Origin: Gracilinanus agilis
Taxonomy: Eukaryota
Assembly: GCF_016433145.1 (NCBI RefSeq)
Contig: NC_058131.1
Location: 27,708,992-27,772,991, forward strand
Direction: 5' to 3'
Length of the DNA: 64,000 nt
The first letter of the stretch is position 1. Each line of letters opens with the position of its first letter. The position numbers and the translations under genes are program-made. Positions 12,228 to 24,499 of the stretch are shown one piece after another. The notes below the pieces were generated by a model. It did not search any database and was not told the DNA's origin. It was given only the letters and a program-made list of their open reading frames with translations.

Positions 12228-14496
12228 GTTACAATGTCATGACTAAGTTATCTTTGATTCTTTTTTCTCCTTCATTCTACAACCCTCTCAGTTTCTAAGT
12301 GTAGATTCGACCTACCCTTTGATACCATATTGCCTAAAAGGTCTGGGGAGGACTGCTGGGTAACAGTGGTAATTTCCCCTAATGATTTCTTGCTTGCATG
12401 TCCTATTGGCCATAGACTGGCTATTCCACAATCACCTCCTTGATATAAGGCTCACTTCCTCATCTGGGGTCAATAGCTGACTCATTATGGGCATTCTTAG
12501 GCTTCTTCCTTGGTGGAGAAGCTGGGTAGGACTCTAAATACCACAAAGTGCCAAAAATTGGAATGAACGGGAAAACATCAAATATCAAGGGAGTGATTTA
12601 GGGGATAGGTTCTGGGAAGGAGCTGGAAGGAAAGATTTTATTTGATGATCAGGGTATGAGTTGACCATCAGGGAAATGTATGCATAACTTAAGGGTGTAG
12701 ACAGAGATTGAGATAACCAAGATCTTAATATACCTTCTCCTTTTAGTCACCCATCATCTCTCTCCATGCCATCCATCACTGGGTGTGAAAACATTATTCT
12801 CTTCAGAATTCATATAACTTGTGGCTTAAGGCAAGCAACTTCTGATTAAAGACAAAATCTGAGTGACTTATAGGTGATATCCAGATCTCACTGTTTGTGA
12901 TCTGTCATGAACCTTGAGAGCATACAGTCATTTATTAATTAGGCTCCTGCGTTCATATATCTAAACTAATAAACACGGGAAACATGAGGACAAATATATA
13001 TATATATATATATATAATATGATATAAGCATAAAAGGACTCAGTCTTTACTTGACAAACTTCAATTCTAACTGAGAAGAAGAAATATGCATATAATAAAT
13101 AACTGAAAAGAATTAAATAGTATAAATGCATGGTGCCTGGCAAAGACTAATGCTTTAATACTCAAAAGTCCAACTCTCTCCTGTTGATATCTGGTTGCCA
13201 GAGTCCTTTAACAGCTGGCATAAGCATGCTGGAGAGAATAGAGAAGAATTCTGAAGTGGTTGTCAAAGATATTCCCATCTTCCTTTGTCCACCCTCTCCA
13301 TCCCCATAAAAACTGGTGAAGTAGAGAAAGGAAATGAGACAGAAGTTTTTATATTTCACAAATACTAATTTGACCAACTGACCTCTGATTCTCATCCAAA
13401 GTACCCTTCCACAACTTCTGTATGTCCATTTAATGGGACTGCCTAGTTTTCCTCATAATGAATTTATAGTCTATACATTCTACAAAACAAATATGAAAAT
13501 ATCAAGGAACACTTCAAAGACCTTGACAACTATAAGAGTTTATTTCATTCAGCCTATTGACTTTGAGTAGGACCAATCCTTCTCTTCAAACTTGCCTTCC
13601 CCATCAGACTGAAAGATCCCTGAGAGCTAGAACCTTGTTTCTCTATGTAATGCTCATTTGAGGCTCATTCACCTACCTACCACCCTTAGTTTAGGTAGAT
13701 ACTTCTTCCTTTGACCCCCTCAGAGCCTTGTCTTTGAGGCTATTTGCTATCTCTAAGAATAAATTGGAAGAATCTTCTTTTAATCAAATTCTTCCTGTTC
13801 AAAAGCCCCTACTATCTATAAACAACTCCTTAGGATGTTTCCTTAGGATGATCAACATTTTTTACCTCCCGTACTCCTTTGGAAATGGATGATGGTAGAT
13901 GAGGGGCTAGAGGGGAAAATGTGTGAATGCTCTATGATCCTGGAGACATGGTTCATATGCAGTTAAGTTAATTAAGCCTTCTACTGTCATTGGAGGAGAA
14001 TGATTGCTCAGTACTCTGTACTTATGTAAGGCCTGGAGTTGGTGAGAGCTTGAAAGATGAGAGATCCTGGGCTTCTGGCTTCTAGCACTAAGAGAGAAGA
14101 TGCTCCATTTCCAATTCTCTTTAGGTCCCTGAAGGGAGAAAGACTCTTGGAAGATGACTTGAAGAGGTCATCATTTTAATAATGTAGTTATTATCAGTTT
14201 GCTACACTAGAGATTACAAGAATTTCCCCTTGGGTAATAATTGAGCTAAGTTACTTCATTCCCAATGAGAAAATATCATCTAGAATACTTTCTCCTATGT
14301 ATGTTTTCTCGGATTTCTCTTTTGCTATTGACCTATGTAAATAGGTTTACTCATCATATGCTACATTATGTTCATTATGGAATTGCTATTTGGTGATTAA
14401 GGAATCAAGTCCTGAGTATATGCCTTGGAAAGCCCCCTTCCTATTAAGGAAGAGCAAACAAGAATGCAGCTTAAACTTAACTTTTTCCCCCTAGAC

Positions 14497-14698
14497 CAGT
14501 GATGGGCAAACTTTAAAGAGGGGACCAAAGGAAAGGAAATGCTCATCTGTCAGTCTGTTTCTAAGGCAACTCTTTCAAAGTTTCATTGTATTGTATCCTA
14601 CTCATTGTATTTGTCAGATGAGGAATAATGTCATGCAGCCAGATAGAACATTTCAGGGGGCCGTATCTGGCCCGCAGGCCATAGTTTGCACATTACTG
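14497..14698 (-). mobile_element. hAT-Charlie non-autonomous element (OposCharlie1/OC1-like MITE)
   Basis: 16-bp TIRs cagtgatgggcaaact / agtttgcacattactg (2 mismatches). The minus strand retains the transposase C-terminal remnant SCLRNRLTDEHF. No intact 8-bp TSD. Confidence 0.75.
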
Positions 14699-15458
14699 CA
14701 AATGTCAGTGGGATTAAATGTATCTTACCTTGTGATATATAGAGATATATAGGCTTATACATATATATATACATTTCTTTAGATGGTGCATACATGTTTT
14801 ATAGTGCTTATATATTATAAAATAAATAAGATGAATGAATTAATATCTTATGTTTTATTTTATTAATAGTCCAAAAACATTTGACCACTGTAATTAAGTA
14901 CACTTAAACATGCTTCATTATTTTTGAAAATCATGATTTTCATGAAATTTCATGAAAATGAATTTCATGAAAATCTTGAAAATCATGAAATTCAGAGGCA
15001 ACTCTAGGTTTAAGTCAATTGTTGAGAAACCCGAGTTGCATGGGAAGGACCTCTTGGCTAGTAAGGAGGAAGTCCTTCTTTGTCAAGGCACTGACAAAAT
15101 TCAGCTATTGTCTTCATTGTCTATCTTGGATGTGTCTTTATAGATATACTCATACTTTTTCAAGAAATCTTTTTTAAAAAATCCTTACCTTCTATCTTGG
15201 AACCAATAATGTGTATAGGTTCCAATTACTTTTCATCTTAGAACCAATACTATGTTGGTTCTAAGGCAGAAGAGTGGTAAGGGCTAGGCAACAGAGATTA
15301 AGTGACTTTCCCAAGGTCACATAGCTAGGAAGTGTTTGAAACCAGATTTGAACCCAGGACCTCTCAACTCTATGCCTAGTTCTCTATCCACTGAGCCACT
15401 TAGCTACTCCCATATAGTCATACTTTAAAAAAAAATCTTCACACTTAATCAGCTCATT

Positions 15459-15664
15459 TTTTTAAGGTTATTTAAAAAAATTTTTTTTAAACCCTTAACT
15501 TCTGTGTATTGGCTCCTTGGTGGAAGAGTGGTAAGGGTGGACAATGGGGGTCAAGTGACTTGCCCAGGGTCACCCAGCTGGGAAGTGTCTGAGGCTGGAT
15601 TTGAACCCAGGACCTCCCATCTCTAGGCCTGACTCTCAATCCACTGAGCTGCCCAGCTGCCCCC
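15459..15664 (-). mobile_element. SINE1_Mdo-type SINE
   Basis: Young reverse copy; TSD taatcagctcat. Confidence 0.9.
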
Positions 15665-15978
15665 CTCACACTAATCAGCTCATGACTGAAACATAGGTCA
15701 ACCAGGATTGACTGACTCCTCTTCTTTTCTGAATATTCTGCAAGGAGCTAGAGTGTTGCCTGATTGGTTCCAACAACCATTTGCATTGAACCAAATATAA
15801 ATGGGGCAGGTATCCCTTTTCTTTTGGCTTTGAGTGTTAGAAGAGCATGGCATACAAGTAAAGCAGGGTAATTGGGTTGGAGAGTATGTGATAGGGAATA
15901 AGTTATAGCAAGTCTAGAAAGGTAGGAAGAGGCCAGTATGGAGAGCTTTGAATGTCAATGTACTTTATATTTAATCTT

Positions 15979-16179
15979 TTTTTTTTAAACCCTTACCTTC
16001 CTTCTTGGAGTCAATACTGTGTATTGGATCCAAGGCAGAAGAATGGTAAGAGTAGGCAATGGGGGTCAAGTGACTTGCCCAGGGTTGCACAGCTGGGAAG
16101 TGTTTGAGGCCAAATTTGAACCCAGGACCTCCCCTCTCTAGGCCTGGCTCTCCATCCACTGAGCTACCCAGCTGCCCCC
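15979..16179 (-). mobile_element. Opossum-type SINE
   Basis: Reverse copy; 17-bp TSD actttatatttaatctt. Confidence 0.9.
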
Positions 16180-17215
16180 ACTTTATATTTAATCTTGGAA
16201 GTAACAGGGAATGGCTGGAAGTAGTGGAGTAAGACCTGCACTTTAGAAAGAAACCCTTTGGCTGCTGAATAGAGAATGGATTGGAGTGGGGAGAGACTTA
16301 AAGCAAGGAAGCTATTGCAATACTCCAAGTGCAAAGTAATTAAGACCTTAAATATGTTGGCATCTATGTCAATGGAAGGAAGAAGCTCCACATGAAAGAT
16401 GTTCTGAAGGAAGAAATACAAGAATTGGCAATGGATTAGATGTGGGGGGTGCTGATGAGTGAGTGTGACAAGTCAAAGATGGAGCTCACTTAAAACAGGC
16501 TGACTTAAGTCTGGAGGGTTTACTTATTCTCTAATAACATCAGATCATTTCTTGTATTTACCCAGGTGGTTCTTCCTCTTCCTATGAGGTCTTAGTTTCA
16601 GACCAACTCCCAACCTGTGGGCTAGATCTCCCCCAGAAATCCCCAGATACCTGGTTTTCTTCTCTTCCCTGACCGTGGCTAGCAGTTGGTGTACCACAGA
16701 CAGTGGGGCATAGGGGAATCCCACAGCTCCGTCTTCTGCTATTTTTCTGGCTAGAGAAGTGGGCAGAGTTCCAGAGACCATTGAGACCACTGGACTATAA
16801 GTAGAAGGCATGAATGCAAAGGCCTGGAGATAGGCTTCTGCCCTTTTAGCTGCTTTTCAGAGACTTTCTCCTAACAAAATCCCCAAGTTCCCTCTTCTCC
16901 TATTGGTTAAATCTTGTCTTACTCTACAAGTTCTCAAGACTTCTGCCATCAGCTGTCTCTTCTCAGTCTCTGACACCATGAGCTGTCAGCTTTTCAAACT
17001 GTGGTTGCCAACAGGGAACTGACTTGTCTATAGACCTCAACAGACACTAAAAGGAGAACACCAGGAGCAGCTTCTCCAGGACAGCTCACTTTGGCTGGTT
17101 CACACTGTCCAGGATGGGCGATCATCCTGGGATCTGATGCCTAAAAAGCAAAAGACAGCATGGCATGTGATCCTGAGGGAGACAAAGCCAGGACCCCATT
17201 GAAAGATATTAATGA

Positions 17216-17415
17216 GAGGGCAGCTGGGTAGCTCAGTGGATTGAGAACCAGGCCTAGAGATGGGAGGTCCTGGGTTCAAATCTGACCACAGACACTTCCA
17301 AGCTGTGTGACCCTGGGCAAGTCACTTGACCCCCATTGTCTAGCCCTTACCACTCTTCTGCCTTGGAGCCAATACCCAGTATTAACTCCAAGAAAGAAGG
17401 TAAGGGTTTTAAAAA
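17216..17415 (+). mobile_element. Opossum-type SINE
   Basis: gggcagctgggtagctcagtgg...; TSD aaagatattaatga. Confidence 0.9.
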
Positions 17416-17553
17416 AAAGATATTAATGATGGCAATGCTGGGCAAAGAGCTAGTATTATTAAGAGAGAGGTATAGGCTAAAATGTAGGACATGTCTATTC
17501 CTTGAGAACCCCATGGCCAACAGACCTGCCTGGTGTGATCCAGAACAGGAGAA

Positions 17554-17788
17554 TATAAATTAAAAATTTAATATGCAAATACTCCAAATATTATATTTAA
17601 TAAATGTGTTAATAACTTGAAGCAAAAAGGAAAGTAAAAAGGCAGCTAATGTAGCTGTAGTTGCAGGAAAAGAGCGCGAGGGTGGGCTTACCACAAACTT
17701 ATAAACAACATGTGAAGACGCAACATAGATGAAAGGAAAAGGATTCTGGGTAATGTAGTTCAGGGGTTCAAGATTTTCTAATTATACA
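17554..17788 (-). mobile_element. Short solo-LTR-like repeat, inverted copy of 11987-12227
   Basis: Reverse complement tgtataattagaaaatcttgaac...cccagaatcc... aligns along the length of the plus copy. Confidence 0.6.
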
Positions 17789-18441
17789 ATAGGCTGAATG
17801 GGAACATTCAAAACCACCCCAAGCAGGAGCTTGATGGGCTAAAGATCTCAGATTTACCACTGTAAGTTCTGAGCCATTTCCTATTTCATTTTCTTTGTGA
17901 TCCCTCTAAGTCTTAGACCAGTTCAGAAGTTTGCCTGGTGACAATTTCTATTATGCTCTTCTCTGCAAGTGGTCTCCTTAACATCTGGCTTCTCCTCTAG
18001 CTGGTTCATCCTTCATAGCTGCCAAAGTAATATCTCTAAAGCCGAGTTCTAACTCTCTTACTCCCCTACTCAAGAGGTTTATTAGTTTTGTTTTATCTCT
18101 AGGCTAACATACTACTCTGGTATTCAAATACCTTCCAAATCTGACTCCAGTCTATTTTTATAGTCTATAAAAAATTTAGAGAGTTATTATTCTCTAAATA
18201 GTCCAGTATTAAATAATTAATAATCCAGTATTAAAGCTGGAACCAGTGGGCAGGGAGGGGGTTTGAAACCCAGAGTCAATTCTATCTAGAAATAGGAACC
18301 AACAATGGAAACTAAAGATGGGAAAGCCTCTCAGTTAGAGTCATGCATAGTGAACAAACAGTAGGCAGTTGGGGTAATTGCTTCACCAAGAAATACACAG
18401 GCCTTTCTCAGCACTAGAAGCATCATCTGTTGGTATGGACT

Positions 18442-18595
18442 GCATTTGATCTCCTCATTGCCTGTTTCAATACCTTCAATTTCTTTTTCTTCTCTAATTG
18501 TTACTTCTAGTGTTTCTAGTACAATGTTAAATAATAGAGGTGACAATGGACATCCTTGTTTCACACCTGATCTTATTGGGAAGGCTTTTAATTTG
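18442..18595 (-). mobile_element. Internal L1 ORF2 (RT) fragment with TSD
   Basis: KQGCPLSPLLFNIVLE..IREEKEIEGI is an L1 RT motif; flanked by tggtatggact at 18431-18441 and 18596-18606. Confidence 0.9.
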
Positions 18596-18620
18596 TGGTA
18601 TGGACTATTTGAAAGGATTT

Positions 18621-18635
18621 CACCAGGGGGCGCTA
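18621..18635 (+). promoter_or_regulatory. CTCF motif (insulator candidate) between genes A and B
   Basis: CACCAGGGGGCGCTA, a near-consensus CTCF core with a surviving CpG in CpG-poor sequence. Confidence 0.55.
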
Positions 18636-20689
18636 TTTGTGTTCCAAGAGTGAGGTCAGTAAAGGCTCACATCCTTGGGGAGAAGTAGATGGACATGAAG
18701 AACAGAGAGGGTTTGGAGAGAAGTTGGTTTTTGTAGTTCAATCAGCTGCTGGTTGTGTCCCTAAGACCAGCTCCCATCTTTGATTCAAATAAGGGTTCTT
18801 ACAATCTGGCATTCTTTCCCCCCATCAGTGTCTTCCTGGGGTGTTCAGTCCTTCAGGATCAGTCTCACCAACATCACCCAAGGGCTCCAAGGGACCTCTC
18901 TGAAGCTAGTGGTGATTGTAGTGGCTCATCATTCTTCATCACTTTTCAACTTTTAAAAGATGGAGCCTGAATGAATGGCTAAAGTGCTGGAGGGGTCTGA
19001 GTGTGAAGATTAGTTCCAATACTTCCTGGCTACATGACCTTGGGCAAGTTGCTTAACTCTGCCGACTCTCAGTTTCTTCATCTGTTAGATGGAGATAATG
19101 TAGGTTTAATGTTTAATTTAATTTCATGTTTAATGTAAGGTTCCTTTCTCCATCTAAGCTGTGACAGAAGATCGAGAATGCAGTTCCAAGGTTATTAATG
19201 AGGTTTTTAATTGACTATTGAGATCTATCTGTTCCTGATGCTTTTCTCTAATGCCACTACTTCTGTGTTGGAGTTGAAAAGGAAACAACAAATTTGGCTA
19301 ACCTCACAGTTTAGTCATACTTCTGGGAGCATTTTTAAATGTCTAAGCCCTTGAATTTTAGGTTTCAAGAGGGAGGGACATTGAAAACCAGGAGTAGAAA
19401 CACTGCCAATAGTAACATTTATAAGACAGTTGTATAATTGGGTAAGCAGCTTCAAGGAGAAAGACCCATTTCCATCAAGAGTCAAGCTAACGATGGATAG
19501 ATAGCTAAGAATAGAGATGGGAGGTCCTGGGTTCAAATGTGAACCAAACATTTCCTAACTGTGTAGCCTCGGGCAAGTCATATAGCCCCAATTGCTTAGC
19601 TTTTACTATTTTTCTGCCTTGAAACTGATACTTAATATCAATTCTAAGACAAAGGATAAGGGTTTTTTTAATTAAAAAGAATCAAACTAAAGAAGAGCAG
19701 ACACTGAAATCAGAATGAGAACTTAGCAAAGAGAGAAAAGACTTCCAGGAATTATAAGTTGCTTTATAAGACATGAATTGTACTTTTGTGCTGACCATTG
19801 AACTTTAGGTTGGTGCCCACTCTTCTCTTGTTTGTATATTTCCTGTGTTTATTTTTAGGAGAATACATTCCAGGTTTGTGGAAGGAATATTTTATAACAA
19901 TTGTCTTAGTAAATGCCTTAGCTAAGATCTAATTACATGAAATAGATGACGGTTAATGGGAAGTACACTGGTAGGGGCTCAGGAAATAAACTATAACTTG
20001 AAGTATCAGCTACCCTTTGGGGACTCAAGCCATCAGTGTGAGTGAAAATTGGAGGAATACCCAAGAAAACTTGTTACAATAATATTCTCTTTAGTACCCA
20101 CTTCATAACGTTGTGAGGTTCTATTGAGATAAGCACTAGGAAACATTTTAAATGCAACGTTAATGGCAGCTATTGTTACAATTACAATGTACTCACATTA
20201 TATTATCCCCATCAATTAGGCAGTGTGCTATGTATTCTTTCTTAACTAATAAATAATAAATACTTTTAATAAAGTTACAAATTTCAGTATGAGTGTATAT
20301 TAGTACCACATTATTACTATATTGCTGTCTGCTATAAATACTGCTTCTAACTCCATTAACATGCTTATTTACAACACACAAATCCTTTATTCAAGATGCA
20401 CCATGCATTTCTATTGCCTTTCAACTGATTTGAAAGTCCCTTGCATGAAATTTAAGGTTTCACACAATCTTTCACCGTCTTGTTTCTATCCTTAGCCTGT
20501 CTACTCTTAATCTACATTGAAATTCAATCAACCAAGTAATCAAAATAGGCAACTGTTGAAGTTTACAAAAGGGCAAAGAGTGTAGATTCTTCAATCTATA
20601 TATAGTTTTAGAAGTTTAACTTTGCTTTCTTGAAATTTCTAGAAATGAATTATTATAGGCATCATTCACAAGCTATTGAAAGGGGAAGT

Positions 20690-21630
20690 AGTGATCACCC
20701 AGTGCAAACTGGATTATTCGAGAAAAAAAATCATTCCAGAATAATCTAATTTCTTTTGTCCCAAAGTTTACTAGCCTGGTAGATAAGAGGGATGTCATAA
20801 TATATCTATTTTTCAGTGGAGCATTTGACAAAGCCTCCCATGCTGTGCTAGTCTACAAGAGGGGTCAACATTCACTAGATTATAGTTAAGTGGATTCAGA
20901 AGGGATTGAATTATCAGAGCTAAAGAATTAATGATTATATAGGTATGCAGAAGCATATGTAATAAAATACCCCAAGATTTTGATGTTAGACCTATTCTTT
21001 TTAATGTTTTTTTTTACTGATGTCTTTGACAAAGTCATAGAGGGCATATTTATTAATTCTTCAAATGATATTAAATTTGAAGTGTTAGTCAAGATACTGA
21101 ATGAAATGAGTGAGATCCAAATTGATTTTAACAAGCTCTAACAATTGAATAATAATAAAAAATGAAAGTCATGTGTTTGACTTTTTTCAAAAATCAAATA
21201 TACAAAACAGGATGTAAGAGTCATAGCTACGCTCCAGTTGATGTCTTAAAAATCAGGGATTTTTAGAGGAAGACAAGCTCAATATAAATGAAGTGTGCTG
21301 TGATAGCCAAAAGAGTTGATTGCACCTTCTACAACATTGAGAGAAGCTGACTGTGCAAAAAGAAGGAAGCACCAGGACTTCTGGATTTGTTTTGTTATGG
21401 CAACATTTGGAGTCATGTTCAGCCTATGGCACCATATTTGCAGAAGGGCATTGAACAGTTGATACCTGTTTTAGAGGATGATAACTGGTATGATAAGATG
21501 ACATGGAGACATCTAGCCCAGGAAAGAGAAAATTCAATTTATTTTTTCTATAATTTGAAGGGTTGTGTAAGGGTTAAAATGGGCTTGACAAATATTTATG
21601 AGTTAAAAAGAGATTGTTGTGTTCACCACT
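20690..21630 (+). mobile_element. CR1/L3 LINE fragment
   Basis: Decayed CR1-type RT sequence (aataatctaatttcttt, ttttcagtggagcatttgacaaagcctcccatg, tttgaagtgttagtcaagatact). Confidence 0.65.
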
Positions 21631-22599
21631 TATAAAATTAACTTCTTAAGTAAAAAAACTGTTAATAGCTCTTAATAATTTAATATAATATAAATTTAAA
21701 TATAGCAAAAGAGAGAAATGTAAGAGGGAAGTAAAATTATCTAACTAAAATATCCTAAGTCCTAATCCTAGTGCCTCCAGACTGTGAATGTGAATCTGAA
21801 TGAAAATCTCACCACAATCCAAAATCTGAATTAGGAAGCCAAAATCAAAAGAGTCTGAAGATGCTGAAAAAAACTGCTGAGAATCTTCAGCACATATGGG
21901 ATTAAGACTGCCAAAAATCTCACTCGGGTCCTGATCTCCACTGGAAGTTTGATAACCTCTTCAATATGGGTCTCATCAGTGTAAGCCTCTTCCTTCAGCT
22001 CCAGTCATTCACTCAGAAAGCGGTCAGTGCAGAATCTTGCAGAATCCTCCTCCAGGAGAGTCTACTCACAGAAGAGCCAAGAATGAATGAATCTTCTTTT
22101 ATGTCTCCTTTTATAACCCATTTTCCACTTCAGTTCCTGTTGCTCCCCTATTTCAGGGGAACCAATCACAGTTTCCCAATTTGCCTAGCACTGCCCTGGG
22201 GAGGCAAATAGACAAAGGGAGAGTTAATTCTCTCTTCACAGTTGTCAGAAAGAAGAGGAATCAAAGGTGTTTTCTTTGGTCTCAGAAGATAGAACTAGAA
22301 GTGATTGGTGGAATTTATATGAAGAAAGATTTAAATTCAACATAAGCATTACTTAATGATTAGAGCTATCAAAAACGTAGAAAGGGCTCCATTGTGTAGC
22401 TTGGTGGCACATTGAATAGAGCACTAGGTCTGGAGTCAGAAAGACCTGAGTTCAAATCTGACCCCAGACACTTATTTACTATGTGAACCCAGATAAGTCT
22501 TCCTCCTTCCCTTAGTTGCTTCATTTGTAAAATGAGGATAAAAATAACTCCTGCCTCCCAGAGTTGTTGTGAGGGTCAAAAAATGAGATAATAATTTTA

Positions 22600-24440
22600 A
22601 AACATCCCCATTTCTCCCTCATCCCTTCCAACATTTGTCATTTCTGATTGGTGTGAATTGGTGCCTCGGAGTTGTTTTATTTGGCCTTCCTCTAATCAAC
22701 GTGATTTAGAGCATTTTTTTCATATTACTATAGATAGCTTTTAATTCTTCTTCTGAAAATTGTCCATTTATATCATTTGAGCATTTACCAGTTGGGGAGT
22801 GACTCTTATTTTCATAAATTTGACTCAGTTCTATACTCAGTACATTATATAGCTGAGAATTGAGATCTTTATCAAGGGAAATTGCTGGAAATTTTTTTTA
22901 ATATTACTTCATTGTCCATAGATATCTTTTAGCATAATGAGATTTTCCTCTTTAAATTAGGTCTTTATTTCCTTTTGCTCTGAGGTCATAATTGCTACCC
23001 CTTGCCTTTTTTACTTCAGATGAAGTGTTTCAGATTTTGCTCCAGCCTTTATTTTGTGTGTTTTCTTCCACNNNNNNNNNNNNNNNNNNNNNNNNNNNNN
23101 NNNNNNNNNNNNNNNNNNNNNNNNNNNNNNNNNNNNNNNNNNNNNNNNNNNNNNNNNNNNNNNNNNNNNNNNNNNNNNNNNNNNNNNNNNNNNNNNNNNN
23201 NNNNNNNNNNTCTTCCTCTCTCCATTCCTCTCTTTTATTCCTAATCAAAGGTTTATTTTACTGCTAACCATTTCCTCTCTTAATCTGTCTTCCTGTTTAT
23301 CATCCCTCCACCTTTCCTTTTTCCCTTCTTCTATATCCCTATTGGGTACATTGCATTTCTATACACAACTCAACTATATGTCCATATATATTCTTCTCTT
23401 TTTGAGTTAATTCTGATGAAAATGATATCCAGCAATTTCTCACTACCATTTCCCTCACCCATTATAAAACCTCTCCCTTGCATGCCTCTAATATATGAGA
23501 AAATTTTCCTTATACTAGCTGCTCCTACAGAGATCATTCCAACATAATTGACTTACATTCATGCCCTCTGTCTATGTAAAGTCCTTCTTACTGATCTAAT
23601 AATGACTACCTGATCTAATAATAATTAATAATTGATCTAATAATAAAATTCTTAGGTATTACATGTATCAACTTTCCATAGAGAAGCATAGACATTTAAT
23701 TTTATTTTATCCCTTACGTTTACCCTTTTATGATTGCCTTTCTATGCTTCTCTTGAGACTTTTGTTAGAATGTCAAAATTTCTATTCATCTCTAATATTT
23801 TCATCAGAATGCTTGAAAATCCTCTATTTCATTAAATATTGATTTCTTCTCTGAAATATTGGACTCAGTTTTGTTGGGTAGGTTATCCTTGGTTGTAATC
23901 TTAGATCCTTTGCCTTACAGAATATTTTCTGGAGAATATATTCTCTACTCCTTTAACATGGAAGCTGCTAAATTGTGTTATCATCACTGTGGATCCATGA
24001 TATTTGAATTGGTTTTTTTTGGGCTACTTGAAGTATTTTTTCTTTGACATGGGAGCTCTGGAATTTGGCTCTAATAGTCCTGGGAGTTTTCATTTTGGGA
24101 TCTTTTTCAAGAAGTTCTTGGTGGATTCTTTCCATTTCTATTTTGCACCCTGAATGTCAAGGCAATTTTCCTTGATAATTTCTTGAATTACATCTAGACT
24201 CTTTCTTTGATCATGACTTTCAGGTAGCTAAATTCTTAAATTGTAGTCTTTCCTCTTAAATTACATCTCCTGGATCTATTTTCCAGGTCAGTTTTTTTCC
24301 AGTGAAATAGTTCTCATTTTTGTCTATCTTTTCTTTCTGTTGAGTTTTTGTTTGTTTGTTTGATATCTCATGGAATCATTAGCATCCACTTGCCCAATTC
24401 TAATTTTTAAGATATTATTTTCATCAGTGAATTTTCATTC
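22600..24440 (-). mobile_element. Old L1 fragments (ORF1/ORF2), interrupted by an assembly gap
   Basis: T-rich antisense L1 ORF1/endonuclease-like sequence. Confidence 0.65.
23072..23210. other. Assembly gap (N run)
   Basis: 139 N. Confidence 0.99.
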
Positions 24441-24499
24441 CTCAAACCATATCTTTTATTTGACTTCATAGGGCCCTCTGAAAGTTTGTTCTCCCTGGA

